Source: Eremomyces bilateralis CBS 781.70 (Eukaryota). From it: a DNA stretch of 64,000 bases. Each line of letters starts with the position of its first letter. Position 1 is the first letter of the stretch. Shown here piece by piece: positions 1-12,079 of this stretch. The translations under genes were made by a program, and so were the position numbers. The notes beneath the pieces are model-generated. The model had not been told where the DNA came from and made no database searches. It was given only the letters and a program-made list of their open reading frames with translations. The stretch is taken from assembly GCA_010015585.1 (NCBI GenBank), contig ML975176.1; one strand, written 5' to 3'.

Positions 1-611
1 GAGGTCTAACCGGAGGCACCGCAGGGAAATTGTGGCAAAAGCAATCGACTCGTCTCAAGACGAGTTGAGAAAAGACGAACAATCTGAGCTAGATTGGTGC
101 AGGGAGCGGGTGTTGGGTGGAGAGTTGAGAGGTTGGTTGCGAAAATGGACCACGACGAAAGGGAGGGATTTGAGGAATTCAGGATTGGTATGGAGTATCG
201 ATAGGGTAATAGAATAGAATACCTTACAGAGCTCTTACAGAATACTGGATTCTCTTGATTCTTGATCCAAGGCCCTTTCCGCTCTCACACGGCGCACCCA
301 ATGCACCGTTTCTTCCACAACTCCACCGGGAGTCAGGGAGTTCCACACAGGATGGGAATGATCGACAGCTGTACCATACAGATCGTGGTATTTAACTGTT
401 CTGTATTCTTTGCTCCGTACTAGCGGTAGTACCGTACACAAATTTCAATCGCCGTTCCCGCGTCAGGACCTCAGGGGGTCACCTTTCCCACGACCCTGAT
501 CCCAACCAGGAAGAGATGATGATAATGATGTCTAATCTAAAGCCGAAAGCCAAACACAGCTGTGACGTAGGAGGTTGGGGGAGAAGCCGACGTTCCCGAG
601 AGTCCGAGACA

Positions 612-793
612 CCACATGCAAGATGCAGTATGCACCTAAGATGCAAGTTGTAAGTTGCAAGTCTTGATGAACATAAGCACGCCTGCATGGACTGCGAATC
701 TGCAAGCTCCAAGCTGCAAGCTCCAATTTTGAACTCCTGAACTGCAAAAATGATCGGATCGGAGCTGCGACGCCGATTCGTTTTTCATCCCTC
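612..793. repeat. Possible hAT-like transposon terminus with subterminal TGCAAG repeats
   Basis: Clustered TGCAAG / GCAAGCTCCAA repeats at 617-726. The reverse complement of 773-793 reads GAGGGATGAAAAACGAATCGG, similar to the Ac-type (T/C)AGGGATGAAA TIR. No partner end was found in the window. Confidence 0.35.
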
Positions 794-855
794 GTTACAT
801 TATTTACATAATATGGAGATCTTACCTAAACCCTGTGACCCTTACATATGGATTA

Positions 856-2142
856 ACGGAGGACCCCTTCAAGGGTTCTTGCTCACGCCAAGTCCCGGAA
901 ATGAAACTATTTCTAATTAGGATACATGTACTAATGGCTAAGTCCCACCCATTCGCGTTACCTCAGTCCTTTCTCGTATGGTCTCTCCCTTCCTTATAAC
1001 TACTCGTTCCCTCCTTCTAGCTCAATTATCTGTTGAATATGTCATGGAATCCGCTCAATCCAAGCCTATACCTTCTCCTCCTATTCTTTGGAGCACCTTT
1101 CCTTGTCGTCGCTCTCTTCATGTATAGCCAACATGGCTCGATAACGTTTAGATCTGGGGAATTCCCGCACCAAAGAAGTCGCTGTACTCCGTACAAATCG
1201 TATACTCGTTGCTGTGCGTGATGGGCGTGCGACGGAGCTTTATCCTCTTGAACAATCGTGTCTAGCCGATCCTTCTGATATTCCTCGACGAAAGGAAATA
1301 GCTTCGGAATTAATATCTTTGTCTAATATCGATACTAGTCGATTCCTTCTCCTTTCCGTCGAACTAGTTTCCCTGTCTTCTGCGTCTATTTCCAGATCGG
1401 CTTTCTTCTAGAGGGATTCCGGAGTCCCATCCTCCTTATACCGGTCTCAAGCTCCTATTGGTCTCGACGAATAGGTTTAAGCAAGTCGTTCATCTCTTCT
1501 AATGCCTTTTCCGCGTCGGTTTTCTCCTGTTTCGTTTCCGGCATCCAGCAATGGCAAGGGCCTTTCTTATCATACGTAAAGCAGGCCCAGAACATAAATT
1601 CTGTATATCCTTTCCAACGCTCCCGGATATAGGTCTTTGCAAGCGCCTCGTCTTTCGTCCTCTATACTCGATAACTACCTCTCCGGTGGAGTAATACGAT
1701 AGCCATCTCGTCACTCCAAATAACGATTTTCCAATCTTCCAGTGTCCAATGCTCGTGCTCTTTCGCAAACTTCAACCGTTCAGCTTTCATCTTCTTTGTC
1801 AATCTAGGCTTCCTCGTCGGCTTCGTCTTGTTGAAGCCGGCTTTCTTGAGCACTCTCCAGATGGTAGACTCGGAGACAATCTAACCGCCTCTATAAAGCT
1901 CGCCCGCGATATCAGCGCAAGTCTTCTCCCTCCTATATCGATCCTGACGCACTTTGGTAAGAACAGTATTGCGATGTCAGTATTTGGAGCCATTTCGTAA
2001 CGCGAGAGAGACTTCATAAGATTGAAAATAGGAGCGATGAAGGACGGATTCGATGTATTTAGGATTCCTCGGCTGGTATTGTGGGACTGCCAAGAAAGTG
2101 GCGTATTTAGCGTGGGCAAGAACTTTTGAAAGGGACTTCCGT
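856..2142 (-). mobile_element. Tc1/mariner (DD34E) DNA transposon, internally deleted and RIP-mutated
   Basis: 33-bp terminal inverted repeats at 856-888 (ACGGAGGACCCCTTCAAGGGTTCTTGCTCACGC) and 2110-2142 (reverse complement ACGGAAGTCCCTTTCAAAAGTTCTTGCCCACGC), 27/33 identical. TA at 854-855 and at 2142-2143, so the exact boundary is ambiguous by 1 nt. Encloses a transposase remnant. Confidence 0.9.
963..1993 (-). pseudogene. Tc1/mariner transposase pseudogene
   Basis: Manual minus-strand translation: MAPNTDIA [frameshift] ...KVRQDRYRREKTCADIAGEL...KKAGFNKTKPTRKP...IWSDE...FMFWACF...IVQEDKAPSH...WCGNSPDLNVIEPCW...AWIERIP...LEGGNE. There are 34 residues between the second D and the E. Several in-frame TAG stops sit where Trp/Gln is expected. 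Confidence 0.92.
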
Positions 2143-3093
2143 ATGGAACTACCATATGGATATACCCTAACATAATATTTTTCATTACACCCATAACACT
2201 CGCACCTTGTGACTTCGACCTTTGTCCTTTCCTTCTTTCCATCACTAGGAGATCTCGAGTGATACATCCCCAGCTATGGAACACAGAATATCATCCGGGT
2301 GATTCAAACCTTGCGTTCGTAGAGATGTCCCAATAGCCGGGTCATCATCCTTGAGAGCCTGCATGATCGCATTACTAGCTGATGGGGACACAAAAACTTG
2401 GTTTCAGAATGGCGGAGGTTTGGTGCTATTCCTGTGGATTTCCTGTGGTTTCAACCATTTTTGCGCAATGAGTCTGCATCTCTACGAGCTGAACATAACC
2501 TGTTGATTGGTGAGGATGTGCGCCTCCTGAACAGCCGAACATTCAGCTGCTAAGCCGCATTTTGAAGGTTTTTCTTTCAGCTTCTCTGCTTTGTCCTCGC
2601 TACTTGACCTTATATTTCTTGTTACTACGTCTACGTCCTTTCTGTACTCCCAAGTTTGAATGCCATGATTCGCGACGATCCTGGCTTTAGGAGTGCGGCT
2701 GCGATGTTGGTCGCCTCTTGTTGCTCAGGGACTCTTCCATCTTGAGACATACAGAACTCGATAACCAATCCTATAAGGTATCTCTGTCTCGCCTATGACG
2801 CCCAATAAATGTTCTCTTTGAAATGGAAAGTTCCGTATACATGGACAGCCAAAATCCCAAGCCACGAAAGCAGTGCCCCTAAGCTGCAACTCTATTCATA
2901 GACCGACTCCGATACGGACAAACATATCACTGAGCCTTTGCTCAGGGCCTGAGTTCATGATCCATCTCATTTTCTGTCTCTTTGATATGTAGGGATAAAT
3001 CTATCATGGTCTTCAAGCGGTGATCGTCTGAGGAGTTTTCATATGAACCCTTTTTGCTGATTCTATATTTCCTATTTTCTCCTGCTCTTCATC

Positions 3094-5749
3094 ATGCTTG
3101 AATTTCTCTTTGTCCTGTCACTATTGGCGCTTTGCTTCTCATTGGCAGTTGCACAAGACTCATCATCTAACCTGGTGCAGCAGAGCTCATCAGTGACTCT
3201 CGCTGGTAAGTCGTTTGATCACTTTATATGTCAGCGAACTGAAGTCAATAGTTGGCGTTTCAGTGTCAGCAAACGGCTCACGGGTGTCACGAATGCCACA
3301 AGTATGTTCGAGCTGTTCACTGAATGGTTTCGTATCTACTCTGCCTCCACCTGGTCTTCAGGAATTGAACCCTGGGAATGGGACACTTACTGCCCAGCCT
3401 GACGTATCTGTGACAGCCACAACACTTACTAGGGTTACATCCTTTTTGGATGGACGTCCAGCTTCGACGACAATCGATACTATCACGGTAGCTTTTACCA
3501 TCGCTCGGCCAAAAGACCCCATGAGAACCTCTGTCTTCACCACAGATGGGATACCATACACGTCAAACGACTTTCCCGGGATAATCTTGTAAGATACTTT
3601 GGAGGAGATCAGAAGCTACGCTAATTATCTCAGTACCTACCCATCTCCATATGTTGCTTTCACGGGTTTCCAATACGCGTCAGCTTGTACGGCTCCACCG
3701 ACAGCAATTCCCGTCGACTATAAACAACATGTTCAGGACCTTGTTCTCCCTGCAGCGGAAGCAAGTCCGTTGATCCCTAACCGTGTGCGCAACGCTCTCG
3801 AGACATTCCCCGAGTTCCAACAATCCGGAGCGATGGACCTATCCAACTGCTCGGGAACCGTCGGCGACAACCTGCCGCTAATCGGACGAAGGTTGGTTGA
3901 TAGGCATAAGCTCTACCCAACCCCATCGTACGATGAGTTACCAAAGAGAAAACCAATTCCGTTTGCTTCTCGTCGCGAACCTTGGCCAACCACCACCGGG
4001 TTTGTGCAGATCGTACCACAACAAAACAGCACCATAGAGCACACGTCGGTCCTACTTTTGGTGGGTGTTCAGGATACTCAGATTACCATTGAGGGCAAAT
4101 CTGGGGGAGATGACCTACCAGCGGATCCAAATCCCCCTGGCGGTAGTGGTGAACGAAATCAAAGTGGAGGAAATGAAGGCGGAGGGAACAATAACGGAGG
4201 AGGGAATACCAACGAAGGCGGCAACACCAACGAAGGCGGGAACTCTGTGGGAGGAGGGAACGCCAACAACGGAGGATGGAACACTAACAACGGAGGAAAT
4301 ACGAACGGGGGAGAGAATCCCAATGGAAGAGGGGGCAACGGCGGTAGCAATTCGGGTGGCGAAAGCAGTGGAAGCGGAAGCGGAACCCCCGACGGTTCTG
4401 TGGCCACTCCTGGATCTGGAAGCCCAGGTGGAGGCATCGATGGGGGTTGCTCGACCGTTGCTGGCTGCATTGCCGCAGGGCTAGGAGGATTGTCTGGGGG
4501 TCCATCGACTGGCGGGACCTCTTCCGGTGATGGCTCGTCGAACGGTGGCGGCTCCAGTGGGGGTTCTTCGGGCAGTTCTTCTGGTGGCGGAAGCTCAGGC
4601 GGAACTACATCCTCGAATGGTGGACCGCCAGGTGGGGAGTCTTCTGGCGGAGCATCTTCAGTCGGGAGTCCTTCAGGCGGCACGGCTTCAGGCGGAGGGT
4701 CTTCGAGTGGAGGGTCTTCGTCTTCCGGCAGTGGATCTTTGGGAGGAGGCTCGTCAAGCGGAGGGCCTTCAGGCGGCGATTCACCGAATAATGGTCCAGG
4801 CAATGGAGGCTCTAGCTCTGGATCACCAGGCACAAACCCATCAAATGGGGGACCTGGACTTGGAGAGTCATCCGGTGGAAGTAGGTCCTTGAATGAGGGC
4901 TCGTCCAGTCCTCAATCCATTCCTATCGGTGGATCAACCGTCCAAGTCTATTCTGGGAATGATGGGGTTGTTATCGGAGGAGAGACTATCCAACCCGGAC
5001 AAATCGCAACGATCAACGGAGTCTCCATATCGTTCCCTACCCCTGGACCTGGTGGCCCAGCCCTTGTGATAGGTGGAAGCAGTACAGCCGCGCTCAGTCA
5101 AGGCCCTCCTACACCACCTACCATTGTCCTTGGCACTGCTACAATCACCGCCAATCCCTCCGGATCTTTCGTTATTGGGCCAGGACAGTCTCTCACTCCC
5201 GGTGGTACCATCACTGCCAATGGCCAGGCCATTTCCCTTGCCCCCGATGGTTCCTATGTTGTGATCAACGGACAAATATCGACACTCCGAGGCCTCGGAT
5301 CGATTCCTTCTGCTTCTCAAGTTCCTGCGGCGCTCACTGTCAATGGGAGGATCTACTCAGCAACAGTAAAAGATGGGAAGATGTGGTACAGTGTTGCTTC
5401 AGGCACCACGCTTACCCCTGGAGGTATTGCAACTATATCAGGTACCGTCATTAGTCTTGGAACAGATGCATCCGAATTGGTTATCGGAAGTTCAACGAGC
5501 AAACTTCAACTGGGATCGGTACTTGCATCGACAACAGGGAGTGGGTCAATCCCGACTGCTTCTAGCGCAGGCTCATCGGGAAGCAAGTCCATATCATCAA
5601 GCACGGGTCCATCCGGTTCATCGGTGTCCGCAACTAGATCGAGCAGTGCGGCTCCCTCGACAGGTAGTAGCGGAGTAGGGAGAATGAAGGATGGTATTGT
5701 CGAAGGATGGTTGATGAGTCTCTCAAGTTTTCTGATTTGGGTTTTGTGA
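3094..5749 (+). CDS. Secreted, probably GPI-anchored Gly/Ser/Thr-rich cell-wall protein (3 exons)
   Basis: Signal peptide MLEFLFVLSLLALCFSLAVA. Introns 3206-3251 and 3589-3633 join ORFs 3094, 3215 and 3599 in frame. Long G/S/N low-complexity tract, GQxLTPGG-type beta repeats, Ser/Thr-rich stalk and hydrophobic C-terminus (WLMSLSSFLIWVL). Confidence 0.85.
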
Positions 5750-6095
5750 TGATTCAATGATGGTTAGAGATTGCTTAGATAGGGCTTTGGGGGCGTTCTT
5801 AGGACCGATAGCATTTTTTAGCATCGCTGCGTTGGATCGGGATTGTTTACTATGTACATGAAAACATAGACCATATGCGCCTTTGCAAATCAACGCTTTC
5901 CATGGTGTCAAGCTCCGTTGTCATACAATAACAAGCAAGGCGCCCTGATCGCTCCACACGCCTAATGGGAGAGAGGGATCAATATTCAGAGCGAAAGTTG
6001 ACCATACCTCATGGTGAGAAAGCAGAGAATCAATCGCTAACACCTGGAAATGCTTGAAGGTTGTGTGCTGGTGAATCGAGACCCGCTCTAGGTCT

Positions 6096-7393
6096 TCAAC
6101 TCGGGTTTGGAGGCGCAGTTGTTGGGAGAAGCTCGATTTGTCGGATCAAGAAGCTTTTCTCATCATTGAATTGGTCGTCGTCCGTTCGATCATCTAGGAA
6201 ACTTGGTAGGAACCGTAATAATCGATCTCGATTGTTGATGAGCATCCGTTGAACTTCGTATGATTTGTTTGGATTGGCGACGAAGACCTAACGGAAGTGA
6301 GCAAGCGCTTAGCTCTAAGTACAACGGGCATACCTTGAAAACATGGAATCCTTCGTAGTTGATCATCCTCCGTTCGTCAAGGAGTAGCTTCATGCAGATC
6401 TTGAGATGGTCCCCTGAGTCGACATATTTTGTCATCACATTGTAATTGGCTCGATCCAATAGTAATTCTCCGAGTAGTTTGATGGATTGTCTTTTCGTGA
6501 CATAGCTCTCGGATTGGATGAGGATTCTATTGTATCTGGGGAAGAACGTATCAAAATTGACCGTCAGGTACTGCGCGACCAAGCTTTTATGCCGAGTAAG
6601 GATATCCTGAAACCATTAGCTGAGACTTGAGAACAGTCTGTACCTGATTGGGACTCACCCTGAACGTATTGAAAGCGTCCGCGCTGACTTCGAATGCCCC
6701 TTTATCTATCCAGTCGAAGAATTTCCAAAACACACCATTCCCGCTGGAGGGAAGGGATGGGTCGACCGATCGCAATCCTTGTGGTCGATTTTGATCCCGT
6801 TCGTCATATAGGATCAAAGCGGCTATCGCGTCATATCTTAACGCTTCCCGTAACACTCCTCCGCATGGCATTGCGCTTTCTCTTCTCTCATATCCATTGC
6901 AAAGAGCAATAATCACTTCCGGTCGGTTGGATATAACGTGGTGAAGGGCTTGAGGTTCGCTAGCTTCGGATCCTGGAGGTTTGAATCGGAAAGTATGTGA
7001 GAAGATCATCTGTGTGTCCTTTCTCGTTTCGAATGGGACACGGTGAATGTGGTTCGCTAGGAGAAGTAGTAGATCTTCGGAGATCAGGAGGCTGACAAGT
7101 TGCTGGACTTGGTCGGGGCTGACTTCGATTTCTGGTTTCTGTAAGAATTTGATCGATTAAGTGGGGGAGCATTCCAACCTTGCGTCCCTTGCAATATCAA
7201 CTTCATCTGACTTATATTTCGTGCTACCTCTTCTTCAACCTGGAGATGTTCAATGACCGCTTGGGATTTGGTGCGGGATACTCACCTTTGAGCCCGCCTT
7301 CTCCTCTCCAATGAGCTTTTGGATGAGTTCTTTGGTTGTCCGTACCAGCTCCATGGTCGGTTTCTGTTTATTCCTAGAAAATAGGAACGCCAT
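6096..7393 (-). CDS. hymA: Mo25/HymA family protein (RAM/MOR morphogenesis network), multi-exon
   Basis: MAFLFSRNKQKP start. Mo25 motifs FETRKDTQMIFS, GGVLREALRYD, FEVSADAFNTFR, YVTKRQSIKLLGELLLDRANY, EGFHVFKVFVANP. Ends ...LIRQIELLPTTAPPNPS*. Confidence 0.93.
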
Positions 7394-7981
7394 GGTGCTA
7401 GGAGGTTAGGATAGGCACGATTGTTGTGAGGGCTTCACAAATTGACAATGAAGAGGGGTTGGCGGCTTCTGCTTCAAAGGCTGTGCAACGCAGATCAGAT
7501 GTCAGCGTTGCCTAAACCTGGACGAAACCCAGCAGCCATCCGATACCGGTTCGACTCCAAATACAATGAAACCAAGAATGAACAGAGGCGAGGGATCTGG
7601 CTGGTGTCAACAGCGCGGAATATCTCGTACTTAGAGTATCAACACTTGGATGGATTTCGACAAGGAAAGCCTCGGGGATGACGGCGTCAGTCAGGGGTCA
7701 TCCTTGCCATCCCTCGTGCTAGGACTGAATCAGGTACGAAAGAGGAGGGTCCAAGGGTCATTATCTCCGTTGTCCTGAGCACCGCCGAATGTTTTCATCA
7801 ATCAAGCTAGGAATATTCGAGTTCTTGTTCATTGATGTATTCCTATCATATATTGCTATCATGTCTACTCCGTTGTCCATACCCCAGAACAATACAGTAT
7901 TGTAATATGGGCCGCAGCCTGCGAACCCCATCTTCCTGGCCATTCCGTGAATGATCGGAGCAAGGAAGAATCTCGCATCCC

Positions 7982-9453
7982 TTAGCCGAAGTACGCATGT
8001 CCAGCAGCCTAGCAAACCGTTAGATTACAACGATGCTACACGTTCATCGGTCTTCTCACCTCTGCTGCCGTGATCCGATCACTGCTTTGGTATCGGATCA
8101 ACTTCGATATCAAGTCTTGAGCTTCTCCACAGGCGCTTGGCAATAATTCCGACCATGGTTTCGGTTTATGCTGAACAAATTCAAGACTTCCCCAATTTGG
8201 AAATGACATGGCTTCCTGTAGTACTGTGAGCTGGGTCCGTTATATTGGAGCACTGGTCCTACCGGCCATGTGTCTGCTGTTGGCGTGCCAAGTGATTGAA
8301 ATATACTGCTTATGAGACACAGCTCACTGCCTTCGGTGCAATCAAACAACGGTTGGAGATCCGATTTGATCGAGGCAATTTCCGCTAGAACGCAACCCGC
8401 TGCCCAAAGATCGATTGCTTTCGTATATTTGGAGTTCCCAAACAATAGCTCCGGTGGTCGGTAGTGAGTTGTCCCAACGTCTAAGATTTTGTGATCGCTA
8501 GGTTCTGAGGAAGGGTCCTTCTCGTACCAAGCGACACCAAAGTCGGCTAGGTATGCAGGACCCGAGGGATTTTGCAAGAGGATATTCGAAGGTTTGACGT
8601 CCCGATGGATCATACCAAGGTTATGGATCCAATCAAGAGCAGACAAGACGTGTTTTAGATGCTGCTTTGCTTGATCTTCTTGAACAAGCTTGTGTCGCAG
8701 GGCATGATCGAGATCGTACCGTAGAAGTGGAAATACAAGGACGAGACGGGTTCCAGCGAGTTCTCCTGCAGAATCTCGAAACACGTCAAGCAGACTAACC
8801 ACATGTTCCGATGCAGCGGCCCGCAAGATTCGAATTTCTCTTTCGGAATTGTGAGGGGGCTGCATAGCCGAAGGATATGTCACTTTCAATGCGACCATCT
8901 TTGGTTTTTCGGTCCGATTCGGTGCTTTGTAGACGTCCGAGTAAAGTCCATCACGGAAATGGACGGCGTTTACGTACTTCCCGATATGAATTGCTTCGGG
9001 TACACCCGTATCGAGGGACTAGGGAGTTAGTTTTTATATCAATATATGTTTGACCCGATGTCGGTACCTCTTCTTCTTCATCGTCGGGTGCGGCTCTGCC
9101 TTTCAAATTGTTGATAATTTGATCGCATTGAAGCCGATAGTCTACCTGTGGGAATCCTTAGTGGCGTCCAGCTAGGTAGCAAGCAATAGATACCAATGTC
9201 AACGCAGAATCGTAAATCTCCTGTTCCTCTTCCTTTGCGAACTTGGCGATGTTCGGTTTCTCCACCCTTGGATCAGACTTTTGATATGAAGACTGTCTAA
9301 ATGACGTATAAGCATCGACTTAAGACAACCTTTCCAACCCGAGGCAAACGAGACTAATTAACTCGCTGAACTCCAAGTACGTTACATTTTGATCACCGTA
9401 CTCAATCTCTCGGCGAAGCCGAGCGAAGGCTTCCAGTTCGATTCTGTGCTCAT
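7982..9453 (-). CDS. CMGC kinase, probable monomeric CDK-activating kinase (Csk1/Cak1-like), multi-exon
   Basis: VALK, HRDVKPSN, DFG, GTTHYRPPE and DLWAAGC motifs, with a degenerate glycine loop (RDGLYSDVYKA). Start MSTESNWKP at 9453. Last exon AAGHAYFG* ends at 7982. Confidence 0.75.
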
Positions 9454-10242
9454 GGCTATACAGGAATATGTTTCATCCTACGTTTCAAGCCACTTCATGA
9501 TTTTTCGGGCATACTTGTCGGAGCATACTTTCCGAAGCATACGCCACTCAAGTATCTGTAAGCTGGCGGAGTGGAATCATAAAGTGAGTGGTGGTGAATG
9601 TTATGGTGCTCACAGTACCGTACGGCGGTCCGTAACGACCAAAGTGACAATCCATCACCTTTTCCTCCTTCCGGAAGATGGTAGGGAATATGACCTTCTC
9701 CATTCATCCAAGACCAAATGTTGGATTTCCAATCGTCAATGAACGGTCTTGATGATTATCCCATACTATATTCTTCCGGTGACTGGGAATACTGTCCGGG
9801 ATGGGCCATAGGAAGCATTAACATTCCTCCACTGGTATTCCGAACAAGCCGGTAAATTGACCACTAGCCGCATTTTTTCGCGCCATCTCGCCATTTCACG
9901 GCTATTGGTAGTGACAAAGATCGGCAACATCGTTAAAGATTTTATCCCCGACCTCCACACTGCTGACGTTAGAGACAGACACTTCACGGTTTTATTGGAG
10001 ACAAGATCACAAGAGGCATGGTGGAATCCTCCCCGCCCTATGCGACATTTGTAGCGACATTTGTATGACATTCGTAGCGTATTCGGCAACGTTCTTTTCT
10101 GTCGTTATCCACCATCTCTTCAAGTTTTCTTCAATTTGAACTCCCAAGACCAGTCTTTAAATCATTATTTATGTCTGCTTTCCTGCCTTGAAATCCCCTC
10201 TTCTCCAGGTTGTGATAGAATCTCGTAATCTATCTTTCCAGC

Positions 10243-11619
10243 ATGAAAGAACATTCCTCGAAGTCTTTGGATATGGGTCTCACTTTACAAGACGAACCGA
10301 AATGCATCCCGATCGATGATTCGCCGGCGCAAGAAACCTCAGCCACTCGTCTTGGTTCGGAGCCTCTTTACGATGATCCACCGGATGGAGGACTCCACGC
10401 CTGGACCCAAGCACTGATGGCACATCTCGTGATATTCAACACATGGGGTTATATCGCCAGCTATGGTGTTTTCCAAACCTACTATACGACCGCCTTAAAC
10501 CGACCTCCGTCCGATATCAGTTGGATTGGCTCCATCCAGCTCTTTTTACTCTTCTTCATTGGCGCCGCATCAGGTCGAGCAACCGATGCTGGCCTTTTTC
10601 TTCCTACCATAGCCACCGGACTGGGATTTCAGCTGGTAGGAGTGTTTACTACCTCCCTATGTACAGCCTATTGGCAGGTGTTCTTGTCCCAAGGCATCTG
10701 CCTAGGAATCGGGCATGGTCTACTATTCTGTCCGGCAATGTCTTTGATCCCCACATACTTTTCGAAAAAGAGAGCCTTAGCATTGGCCATTGCAGCCTCG
10801 GGAACGGCCACGGGGGGAATGATATATCCAACCGTCGTCCGACAGCTGCTTTCCAAGATCGGTTATGGATGGACCATCCGTGTCCTTGGATTCATCATGC
10901 TCGCCGTGGGGTTAACGATCTTAGCCTTCATGAGGACACGACTTCCTCCAAGGAAGACTGGACCTTTGGTGGAATGGTCTGCGTTTCGAGAACTGACCTT
11001 TGTCTTGTACATCACTGGGATGTTCCTTTGCTTCTGGTCCTTATATTTCGCCTTCTACTATGTACGAGACCTTCTCTCTGGGTGGCCCTGTGCTAATTTC
11101 CTTTAGGTTGCCTCCTTCGCTCGCGACATCATCGGGGTGACATATGAAGACTCCGTCTCCCTTATCCTTTTAATGAATGGGCTCTCCATTATCGGTCGTG
11201 TGGTTCCGGCCTATTTTGCTGATACCACATTTGGCCCGCTCAATTCCATGATACCATTCGCATTTTCTTGTGGTATCATGCAATACGGTTGGTCAGGAGT
11301 TCATTCGAGAGAGTCTACTTTTGCTTTTGCTGGGATTTATGGGTTGACAGCAGCTCCAGTACAGGCATTGTTTCCGGCAGCTCTCTCAAGCCTAACGACT
11401 GATTTGACTAAAACTGGTGCCCGTATGGGCATGGGTTTTACGATCGTGTCATTTGCAACACTCACTGGGCCTCCACTTGCTGGTGCGCTGATCAGTCAGA
11501 AAGATGGAGGATATTTATATGCCCAAATGTGGGGTGGTAGCTCTTTCATCGCAGGTTGTTTGTTCTTAATGGCAGCCCGGATAAGCAGGTCTGGTCTTAA
11601 AATTTGGTATAAGATTTGA
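10243..11619 (+). CDS. MFS monocarboxylate transporter (MCH/MCT family), 2 exons
   Basis: PPDGG...W motif, SYGVFQTYY, ISWIGSIQ, YFSKKRALA, GPLN. Intron ~11062-11106. Confidence 0.9.
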
Positions 11620-12079
11620 ATGTACACATTGAGCCAACTATCCAGGGCAGCTGAAATGAATGATTCAAGGTTAGGACTGAACTAGCTGAAGATTTACGGA
11701 TATACTAGGGCTGCATACCGGTAGCTGATAGTCTCAACATCTTGAAGGGACATCCGTCGATCCTTAGCTTGCTACTTTCGCGAGAGCTTGCCTAATGCTT
11801 CTATGGCGTGGTAGGGTGAACTGGAGTAGCGACGAAGAATTCAATCAGTCGGAGCCCGAATGAAGGGTGATCGATATTATTGCGACGAAACTATGATGAA
11901 AGTAACCCTCGGTCAGAGAACATTGGCGGATCGGCCAGTGTTGAAAGAATCCGTTGCACCTCCCAGAAAACCCCTATCTCGATCGTCCACCCGCTCCTTT
12001 AAACCCAAACAAATCGATTCGTAATGCCTTCTATTGACGCCAAAATGACAAAACTCCGTTTCCACCTCAGCCTTGCAGA

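Noticed and set aside
4159..4833. Antisense Pro-rich 224-aa ORF
   Set aside because: It is the shadow of the Gly-rich coding strand.
8925..8965. Kinase lacking GxGxxG (possible pseudokinase)
   Set aside because: A degenerate glycine loop is a known trait of fungal monomeric CAKs, and the catalytic K, HRD and DFG are intact.
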